NCBI GenBank assembly: GCA_043816785.1
Contig: JBDRHP010000024.1
Coordinates: 1 to 23,106 of the forward strand
Direction: 5' to 3'
Length of the DNA stretch: 23,106 nucleotides
From: Candidatus Margulisiibacteriota bacterium
Lineage (GTDB): Bacteria; Margulisbacteria; WOR-1; O2-12-FULL-45-9
The position numbers and the translations under genes were made by a program. The stretch's first letter is position 1. The number at the start of each line of letters is the position of its first letter. The notes beneath the pieces are model-generated. The model made no database searches. It was not told the DNA's origin and worked only from the letters and a program-made list of their open reading frames with translations. Of this stretch, positions 16,010 through 23,106 are shown in pieces.

Positions 16010-16575
16010 TGGCCAAAAAGAAAGCTAAAAAGACCAGCCAACCCAGAATGATTAAGCTGGAAACGCCAATAGATTCCAAAGATGTTCAGGCGCTCAAGGC
16101 AGGGGATCGGGTGCTGATCAGCGGAAAAATTTTCACTGCCCGGGACGCGGCCCACAAGATCTTTGCTGAGCGGCCGCCTTTTGACCCTGCAGGAGCGATT
16201 CTTTATTACGCCTCACCCACGCCAACCAGGAAGGGCTTTGCCATCGGCTCGATCGGGCCGACCACAGCCGCCAGGATGGACCCATTTACCCCAGCCCTCT
16301 TAAAAGCCGGCATCAAGATCACAATTGGCAAAGGCCGTCGCGGACAAGAAGTCGTGGCCGCCATGAAAAAGTTTAAAGCCGCCTACCTGGTTGTCCCGGG
16401 CGGAGTTGCCGCCGCCTTAGCTAAACACGTAAGGAAATCAACTATTATTGCCTACCCTGATCTAGGCCCAGAGGCAGTCCTGGAACTCGACGTTGTTAAT
16501 TTTCCCGCGATCGTAGCCATTGATTCCAAAGGAGGAGATTTATTTGAACAAGGTAAAGAACAATACAAGATTTAA
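16009..16575 (+). CDS. Fe-S hydro-lyase beta subunit (class I fumarate hydratase)
   Basis: TARDAAH, GPTTAARMD, IGKG, DLGPEA and AIDSKG. Start ATG16009 overlaps the alpha stop (TAATG). Confidence 0.92.
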   Translation: MAKKKAKKTSQPRMIKLETPIDSKDVQALKAGDRVLISGKIFTARDAAHKIFAERPPFDPAGAILYYASPTPTRKGFAIGSIGPTTAARMDPFTPALLKAGIKITIGKGRRGQEVVAAMKKFKAAYLVVPGGVAAALAKHVRKSTIIAYPDLGPEAVLELDVVNFPAIVAIDSKGGDLFEQGKEQYKI

Positions 16576-17359
16576 AAATTGGTCTTTGTTGGTTGGAATT
16601 TGTTTGGTTATTGGATTCTTGTTTCTTGGAAATTACTCTTCAGCTGAAGCCAAGGAGTACGATGGCATCTGGTTCCTGGGTTTTAATCTGAACAAAGATC
16701 TGTTCAGGGATCAGGAAGTCAGGGAAGCTGTCAACGCCACAGTTGATAAGGATTCTATCGTCAAAAACATCATCAGCTGCGAAGTCATACCCGTCAGCAT
16801 TATTCCGCCGGGCATGCTGGGCTATGACCCTGATCTTGAGCCAACTTTACAAGACGCAAAATTTGCCAAGTTATTGATGAAAAAAGCCGGCTATCCGATG
16901 AATGACAAACGGATCAAAGACCTCTCGCTGCTGCACACTGACGGCCTTAAGACAATTGAGATCGCCAAGCAGATCCAAAATAATTTGCGCGGCATTGGCA
17001 TGAAGGTTGACCTGGTTGAGATTAGCTATGCTGAGGAAGGCAAATGGGTCAAGGAGCTCACCTCGGGCAAACACGATCTTTTCCTCTTGGGTTATAAGGC
17101 CGGCGTTGAACAGCTTTTTACCAGCGAAGCTGAAGCTACAGAGATCGACAGCGCCAGCCTGGTTGAGCCGCTCTTTAAAACCGACGGCGATGTCAATTTT
17201 ACCGGCTACAGCAACAGTGAGGTTGATAAACTTCTTGATCAGGTCGGCGGTTTTAAATTAGCCCTAAAAAGTGAACGACACAATAAACTGAAAAAGATCA
17301 ACCAGCTGGTCCATAAAGACCTGCCGGTAGTGGTGCTTTTCTATATTGAAAAACTGTAA
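16544..17359 (+). CDS. Short family-5 (peptide/nickel) solute-binding-like protein, C-terminal lobe only
   Basis: FLGFN...F.D..VREAV...VDK..IV, SIIPPGMLGY, IQNNLRGIG, NFTGYSN.EVD.LL and DLPVVVL. TTG16544 follows AAAGGAGGAG. Confidence 0.75.
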   Translation: MNKVKNNTRFKNWSLLVGICLVIGFLFLGNYSSAEAKEYDGIWFLGFNLNKDLFRDQEVREAVNATVDKDSIVKNIISCEVIPVSIIPPGMLGYDPDLEPTLQDAKFAKLLMKKAGYPMNDKRIKDLSLLHTDGLKTIEIAKQIQNNLRGIGMKVDLVEISYAEEGKWVKELTSGKHDLFLLGYKAGVEQLFTSEAEATEIDSASLVEPLFKTDGDVNFTGYSNSEVDKLLDQVGGFKLALKSERHNKLKKINQLVHKDLPVVVLFYIEKL

Positions 17360-17599
17360 ATGGACTCCATCAACTATTATTTAAGGATCAAAAAAAAGGA
17401 CATTTATATAGTTTGCCCGTTTTTCGAGGCCTTTGACGGCATGGCCGCGATCCGCACTCCCAAGCCAGAGACAGGCGAATACGCAACCTTAAAACTAATG
17501 GTTTCGCCAGATTTCCAGGCTGATTTTGAAAAAGTACTAGAATGTCTTAGTCGGAGGTTAAGTTTTGAACAGCTGGCAAGAGATCCTCAAGCCCAATGA
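17360..17599 (+). CDS. Small protein, DUF4911-like
   Basis: LRIKKKDIYIV...FEAFDGMAAIRT pattern; abuts the upstream stop. Confidence 0.6.
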   Translation: MDSINYYLRIKKKDIYIVCPFFEAFDGMAAIRTPKPETGEYATLKLMVSPDFQADFEKVLECLSRRLSFEQLARDPQAQ

Positions 17600-18062
17600 A
17601 ATAGTCAAAGATATTCACGAGATCGACTTTGCTCAACTAAAAAGCCGCGGGATCAAGGCGTTGATCTTGGACATAGACGATACCTTGATCCCCCGCCAGG
17701 TTAACGACATTTCGCCGGCGGTCTTTGAATGGGTAACCACGCGCAAAGAAGAAGGGTTTAAGCTCTGCCTGGCCTCCAACAGCCGTCATCCGATCAGGGT
17801 AAAATATATTGGCGACACCTTAGAAGTTCCAGCCATGGCTTTAGGCTTTAAGCCCCTGCCCTTTGCTTTTTGGAGATCCTTAAAAGCCCTTGGGGTCAAA
17901 CCTGAAGAAGCGGCCATGATCGGTGATCAGTTGTTTATGGATATCTTAGGCGCTAACTTAGTGAAGATCTATACTATATATGTAAAACACTTGACCCCGG
18001 AAACTTTCTTGCCCAGGATCTGGATGCGGCAAGCTGAAGAGTGGCTGCTGAATAGGATCTAA
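17565..18062 (+). CDS. yqeG: YqeG-family HAD IIIA phosphatase
   Basis: LDIDDTL, ASN, KP and MIGDQLFMDILGAN; GGAGGT SD before TTG. Confidence 0.88.
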   Translation: MNSWQEILKPNEIVKDIHEIDFAQLKSRGIKALILDIDDTLIPRQVNDISPAVFEWVTTRKEEGFKLCLASNSRHPIRVKYIGDTLEVPAMALGFKPLPFAFWRSLKALGVKPEEAAMIGDQLFMDILGANLVKIYTIYVKHLTPETFLPRIWMRQAEEWLLNRI

Positions 18063-18658
18063 ACCAGTGCTTTCAATGCCTGCTTAATAATATCTTCAAC
18101 ATTACCTGAAGAAAGATCAATGTCTGATTTCATAATGGTTTCACGAGCCTCTCGAGGGGAATAGCCCAGGGAAATTAAAGCGGAGATCGCGTCCTGAACT
18201 GTTGCTCGGTCGCCTTCAATGCCGATCGTCATGTCAGAAGGCTTGATCGCGTAAGCTTTGGCTACCTTTTCTTTTAGTTCAATGACCAGCTTCTGGGCGG
18301 TCTTCTTGCCAATACCCGGGACAGAGGAGATCAGATCAACATCACCCTGAGTAATAGCAGTTACGATCTTATCAATTGGAAAACCAGAAATAATTGACAT
18401 CGAGGCTTTGGGGCCAATGCCGCTAACCGTCAGCAGCAGAGTAAAAAGATTTCTTTCTTCTTTGGTTAGAAAGCCGTAAAGTGAGACACTGTCCTCTCGA
18501 ACAACCTGATGGGTAAAAAGGTGGACTTTTTCGCCAACCTTGGGCAAACGCGTTAAGGTCCCGCTGGAGACGTAGACATGGTAGCCAACATTGCCCACAT
18601 CAACTACCAGGTGGGCCTTATCAATATGTTCTAAAATTCCTTTTAAGTGTGAAATCAT
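18059..18658 (-). CDS. ruvA: Holliday junction branch migration protein RuvA
   Basis: VGY, VRED...LYGF, HhH motifs VSGIGPK and VPGIGKKTA, and ALISLGY. Confidence 0.97.
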   Translation of the reverse strand: MISHLKGILEHIDKAHLVVDVGNVGYHVYVSSGTLTRLPKVGEKVHLFTHQVVREDSVSLYGFLTKEERNLFTLLLTVSGIGPKASMSIISGFPIDKIVTAITQGDVDLISSVPGIGKKTAQKLVIELKEKVAKAYAIKPSDMTIGIEGDRATVQDAISALISLGYSPREARETIMKSDIDLSSGNVEDIIKQALKALV

Positions 18659-19137
18659 AAACTAGCTAACCTATACGAATGCAGATGGCAGATAGCGACT
18701 GCCAGCGCGTCGGCCGCGTCATCTGGTTTGGGCAGCTCAGCCAGCCCCAGCAAGGCTTTGACCATCTGCTGGACTTGCTGCTTATCAGCCTTGCCGTAAC
18801 CTGTTACTGCCAGTTTTACCTCAAGGGGCGCGTACTCAGCCACAGGAATGCCAGACTCAGCAGCAGCCAGCAAACTCATGCCCCTGGCCTGGCCAACGGA
18901 AATCGCTGTTTTGGAATTTACCCCAAAAAACAGCTTCTCAATGGCAATCGCTTTGGGCTTATAGGCTGCTATCAATTTTTTAAGCTCGGTGTAGATCTTG
19001 CGCAAGCGAGCCTGCGAACTGTCATTTTTTGAAGTTAAGATTACTCCGTGGTTAATAAAAACAAGCCTATCACTTTTTTCAGCGATCAAGCCGTACCCTG
19101 TGGTCGCCGTACCCGGGTCGATGCCCAAAGTTAGCAT
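18655..19137 (-). CDS. ruvC: Holliday junction resolvase RuvC
   Basis: LGIDPG, AIEKLFF, GQARG, VKLAVTGYGKADK and DDAADALA. Confidence 0.97.
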   Translation of the reverse strand: MLTLGIDPGTATTGYGLIAEKSDRLVFINHGVILTSKNDSSQARLRKIYTELKKLIAAYKPKAIAIEKLFFGVNSKTAISVGQARGMSLLAAAESGIPVAEYAPLEVKLAVTGYGKADKQQVQQMVKALLGLAELPKPDDAADALAVAICHLHSYRLASL

Positions 19138-19157
19138 TGTAATTAATTCTAACAGGA

Positions 19158-22100
19158 TTAAAGATTGATTTCAATGTTGCCGGTTATGTCGGTCAGGCGG
19201 TAATCCGGCGCGCGGCTTGCTTCCTGCTCAGCCTGCAGATTAAGGTTAACGAAATCACTTAGCGCGTACCCGATCTTTAAAGAATAGGTATTTAGCTCTG
19301 TTTCTGCTCCGGCGAAAGATTTGGCATAGGTATAATCAAAGTCTGTGCGCAGCTTATCTCCCAGGCGATAAATGAAGCCGATTCCCGGAGAGAAAGTATA
19401 GATCACCTGCGCCAGGATATAGTCTGTAGTGCGGCTATACGCGCCAGAAAGAGAAAAAGTCCAGTTATCAGAATAATTCCACAAGCCTTTTAGCGAAGCT
19501 GTGTAGCTCTTATTATTGACCTGGTCTGAAGTAGCCTCGCCTGTCCCTTGATCATTCTTCTGAAAGGTGTAACGAGTATCGATTGAGAACTTTTCTGAGA
19601 GTGAGGTTTTTACCACTGCGTCAAATTTGCCGTTGCCGCTGGTCCCCCTGGTATAAACATAAGGTTCCTGGGTTGAGGCCAAGGTACTGCTTAGTGACTG
19701 CTGCCTGTAAAAGTTAAATTCAGTCGAGAGAAACTGCAGCGGAGCCATTTTAAGGCTATAAAGTGTTGAATCGGTATCAATAGAATTGTCTTTAACCGTA
19801 TATTTGGGATAATCACCGTTATAAACGCTAAAAGACCGGCCCAACTTGTAGAGCAGGCCCAGCAAAGCATATTTTGTTGGCGCCAGATTGATCTCCGCCT
19901 GTTGCTGTTCATTATTGTAGCTTAAAGTTTGGCTGCGCAGGATCATGGTAAAATTTGGCTTATACAGATAACGCAAACGGATGAGCTCAAAAGGCCTAAG
20001 ATCAAAAGAAAAAGAGCCGGTTTGTTTTGAAACCGCCTCAGTTGTGGCTGAAAACTCCTCATCAACAGAATTAATAGTGTATTTCCCTTCAGTCTTAAAA
20101 ATCTTTGTGGGCTGCAGCCGATAGGCAAGATCCGCCACATTGGCTTTCCCGGCAGCGCTGTCGTCAACAACCTGGAGTGAAGTTGAGATAAAGAAGTGTT
20201 GCGATGGCGTAGCCGAAAGATTGAGATCATAAGTGCGGCGATAGGGCTCAAGACCGCTTGGTTCCTGGCGATCTTCCAGCTCGATGTTCGAGGAAAAGGT
20301 TACTTGCTCAAGGCCGGTCGTGGCCAGACCAAAGTTTAGCTTCTTATAATTGGTTGCCTCCTGCGAAGGGGAATGCCGCAACCATTCCTCCAGCGTGCCC
20401 TTTAAGCTGGAACTAAGAAAACCAGCCTGATGAATGGTCTCAACGGAATTTCTGGTAATAACCCTGCGGATCAAACTGCCGCTGACCGGGTCATTGCTTT
20501 CATCGGTTTGGGAAAAGTCGTATTCCAGCGAAGGAAACTTTTCCGGCGAGAGCTGAGCCTTAACTGTTTTATACAGGTTCTCATAAATTATGCCGCCTTG
20601 AGTATATTTCTGGTACGCATAGTCCCCCTTACTGCCAAAAAATGAGCCCGGGCGAAAACTTAAGCCTCCGCCATACTCCCACACGTCCTGCCTGGGATCA
20701 ACATCAGCAATTGCTTGAAATTTTGGCCCGACTCTTTTTACCTGTGCCGTCAGACCAAACGGCCCAAGGGCAGAACTCAAATTGATTTTCGCTGCCCGGC
20801 CAGCCTCCTGGGTCCCAGAAGCAGAAAGCAGGTCTAGCTTTTTGGCTGAATAAGCAACTTCTCCCTGGGCCGAAAGGTTTTCTGAGACTAGACTAGCGTC
20901 AGCACCGACTACATAATGACTCTGGGGATCAATTGCTTCCTGACTCATACTGCTCCTGATCACAGCCGCACCGCCCAAACTATCCGAATCATCAAGATAG
21001 GTTGCCCCAAGCTTTAAATAAGGCCAGGGCTTTACAAAAGCCCGCAAACCATAGGTAGCATGCTGATAAACCGTTTGCCGATAATCATAGCGGGCCTCAA
21101 TTATTGATCTGCTGTCAATAATCTTCTTAATAAAATTAACCGTCCCGGCCTGGTAATCAATGGTATAGTCATCGCCTCTTTTTTGCAAAACACCGTCCAA
21201 CCTTACCTTTTCACTGTCAATCACCACAGGCGCATCCGCCAACTGATAAGGCCCCTGGGTGCCGTTACCATAGGTTCGCAAATACTTGGCCTGTCCCTTT
21301 GGTGAAGAGTACAAAGCAGCAAATCCCCAATTATTGTAATCGCCTTTGATTCTGCCGCCCTGAAGAACTTGCTCCAACCGCGCAAACTCGGTCTCTGTTA
21401 ATTCCCCGTTAAAATCACCTAAGTAGGCCTCCGTACTGCCGCGCCGCATCAAAATAGAGATCTCATCTTGCTGCTCGCTTATCTGAGAAACTCCGAGCGC
21501 TGACGTTCGATACAGTGACGCCTCAATATCCGTATCCGCTGCTCGACCCGAGATATTGACGCGTAAAGCTTCCTCACGGGTTTGCAGCGTTCCTGGCGTA
21601 TACCCCTCTTTTGACCCTTGCAGCGTCCGGCTCTTAAAAGTAATGCTTTGGCTGCCCTTGATCATCAAAGGCGCGGCTTCAGGGCTGATAACCTTAAGCA
21701 TAATTGCCTCACCCGTAACTGGCTCGGGAAGGTTTTCCTCCATCTCCGGACTGATATCTGGCGGCAAAGGGAGCGCAGTGCCCGGCGCCGGCCCGGACAG
21801 TTCCTGTTCCTTGGTAAAAGCCTTGTACCAGACAACGCTCTTGGCCCAGGTTGGCCGAAAGCCGCGAGGGTCAAAAACCACATACCTGATCCAAACCGTA
21901 AAAAAATGCCCTCCTTCCTGGTAATCATCCGGGATCTTAAATTTGCCCCACCAGTGGCCCTGGCGAAAAGTCATGGGAATTATTTCGTCACGGTCAGAGA
22001 TCAGCGTGACTTTAAAGGCTGGATTAAATGTGCGCAACCGCAAAGTCACGGTTTGGCCGATCGTTGGAGGATACTCAGGATAAATGCTCAAACCATATTC

Positions 22101-22214
22101 GTCAGTATAAATGGCTTTTTCATAATATAAATCACGCTGCGCGCCAGCTGATTGCATCCCCATGCAGCCTAAGGCAAGAACCATAAAAATCATTAAAAAT
22201 ATTAAATGTTTCAT
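19158..22214 (-). CDS. Large secreted, probable outer-membrane beta-barrel protein (1018 aa)
   Basis: Signal peptide, N-terminal Ig-like segment, Pro-rich linker, DDYTIDYQAGTVNF motif, and a long region of alternating aromatic beta strands ending GNIEINL. Confidence 0.8.
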   Translation of the reverse strand: MKHLIFLMIFMVLALGCMGMQSAGAQRDLYYEKAIYTDEYGLSIYPEYPPTIGQTVTLRLRTFNPAFKVTLISDRDEIIPMTFRQGHWWGKFKIPDDYQEGGHFFTVWIRYVVFDPRGFRPTWAKSVVWYKAFTKEQELSGPAPGTALPLPPDISPEMEENLPEPVTGEAIMLKVISPEAAPLMIKGSQSITFKSRTLQGSKEGYTPGTLQTREEALRVNISGRAADTDIEASLYRTSALGVSQISEQQDEISILMRRGSTEAYLGDFNGELTETEFARLEQVLQGGRIKGDYNNWGFAALYSSPKGQAKYLRTYGNGTQGPYQLADAPVVIDSEKVRLDGVLQKRGDDYTIDYQAGTVNFIKKIIDSRSIIEARYDYRQTVYQHATYGLRAFVKPWPYLKLGATYLDDSDSLGGAAVIRSSMSQEAIDPQSHYVVGADASLVSENLSAQGEVAYSAKKLDLLSASGTQEAGRAAKINLSSALGPFGLTAQVKRVGPKFQAIADVDPRQDVWEYGGGLSFRPGSFFGSKGDYAYQKYTQGGIIYENLYKTVKAQLSPEKFPSLEYDFSQTDESNDPVSGSLIRRVITRNSVETIHQAGFLSSSLKGTLEEWLRHSPSQEATNYKKLNFGLATTGLEQVTFSSNIELEDRQEPSGLEPYRRTYDLNLSATPSQHFFISTSLQVVDDSAAGKANVADLAYRLQPTKIFKTEGKYTINSVDEEFSATTEAVSKQTGSFSFDLRPFELIRLRYLYKPNFTMILRSQTLSYNNEQQQAEINLAPTKYALLGLLYKLGRSFSVYNGDYPKYTVKDNSIDTDSTLYSLKMAPLQFLSTEFNFYRQQSLSSTLASTQEPYVYTRGTSGNGKFDAVVKTSLSEKFSIDTRYTFQKNDQGTGEATSDQVNNKSYTASLKGLWNYSDNWTFSLSGAYSRTTDYILAQVIYTFSPGIGFIYRLGDKLRTDFDYTYAKSFAGAETELNTYSLKIGYALSDFVNLNLQAEQEASRAPDYRLTDITGNIEINL

Positions 22215-22247
22215 TAATTTGTTTTTTCTTAAACAAACTGCGCATTT

Positions 22248-23106
22248 TTACCAAATTCCCGAAAGGGAAATTCGGTGAACATTGTCTCGACTAAGATCAA
22301 CCTGAGTCACGTAGGCATAGTCAACTCTGGCTGCGCCGGAAACAAAGCCCGCGCCAGCAGTCAATCCGTCAGCATATCCAAGTCTTATAGAAAGTCCTTC
22401 CTTTGCCCATTCGTATCCCACTGACGCTAATGCCGAATATCCGGACTTTAAAGTCTGAGAAATGTCTATGGCAAATGTTCCGGGATTAGACTTTGCATAA
22501 GCCAAACCTAAGCGAAGTTTTGGCGGAACCTGCTCAATTGTACCGGTTCCCCATTGCTGGGAATTTAAAAGTTCGTCTATTTTCAAACCTAAGCTCCACC
22601 CTTTGGGAAACTTAATTAACATTCCCGGCGTTATACTGTATCCTGAAGCCTGGCCTCCTTCAATCTGAAACATGTCTGAAGTTAAATATTTTGCAGTTAA
22701 TCCAAGGGAAATTCTATCATTTAATTTTTTTCCATATGAAACCATATATGCATTTGAAAAATAACTGAAAACACTCAAATCGATCACTTCATTGTTCGAA
22801 TCAACCTCTGAAGAAGTTTGGGTTATATTCCCAAGACCAACCTGAATCCACGAAATCCCCAATGTTCCACCGAATGCCGGTCTAACATAACTTAGATAAT
22901 AATGGTCTGCATCCGTAGATAATTTTGTCTGCATGGAAGTGATTTCATTGTAGTCAATAAATCCCAGGCCAGCCGGATTCCAGTAGGGAGCATCAGCGTT
23001 GTTGGAAACCGCAGTAAAAGCCCCTCCCATGCCCAGTGGTCGGGCGCCAACGCCAGCTTTGAGCACGGCGATGTCCTGACCTGCCTGTTCAAGCGCCAAA
23101 GCAGGC
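22248..23106 (-). CDS. PorV/UPF0164-like (FadL-fold) outer-membrane protein, 5'-truncated by the window edge
   Basis: GVGARPLGMGGAFTAVSNNADAPYWNPAGL, DYAY and HRISL. The frame is open to the edge (..PALA-LEQ, like the end of a signal peptide). Confidence 0.8.
   Translation of the reverse strand, partial: PALALEQAGQDIAVLKAGVGARPLGMGGAFTAVSNNADAPYWNPAGLGFIDYNEITSMQTKLSTDADHYYLSYVRPAFGGTLGISWIQVGLGNITQTSSEVDSNNEVIDLSVFSYFSNAYMVSYGKKLNDRISLGLTAKYLTSDMFQIEGGQASGYSITPGMLIKFPKGWSLGLKIDELLNSQQWGTGTIEQVPPKLRLGLAYAKSNPGTFAIDISQTLKSGYSALASVGYEWAKEGLSIRLGYADGLTAGAGFVSGAARVDYAYVTQVDLSRDNVHRISLSGIW

Noticed and set aside
18059..19137. ruvB absent after ruvC-ruvA
   Set aside because: Split ruv loci are common and ruvB may lie elsewhere in the genome.

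Overview
Bacterial chromosomal window, probably from a diderm (two or three outer-membrane-type proteins). It starts with an initiator tRNA-fMet split by a 675-nt group I intron whose P1 loop encodes an I-Ssp6803I-like PD-(D/E)XK homing endonuclease. Next is a sigma-54 module: rpoN, an intact NtrC-type activator, a symmetric -24/-12 promoter, a small unknown gene and a catalytically degenerate activator paralogue. The most unusual locus is 5350-5807 (minus strand). There an 80-aa stand-alone GIY-YIG nuclease lies between an intact tRNA-Leu(UAA) and a second copy of that tRNA. The copy is interrupted by three related 19-20 nt hairpins, and removing them restores a 38/38 nt match. Two other short palindromic element families are present: a GTAG-type REP doublet in frame inside lipA, and a duplicated stem-loop module inside the intron. 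The rest is mostly housekeeping or envelope genes: S1 protein, DivIC/FtsB, prepilin peptidase, pilT, lipA, class I aminotransferase, pdxA, rsmA, YjbH-like protein, two-subunit fumarate hydratase, short family-5 SBP, DUF4911-like, YqeG, ruvA, ruvC, a 1018-aa secreted protein and a partial PorV-like barrel. All family calls come from recognising motifs by eye; no searches were run.
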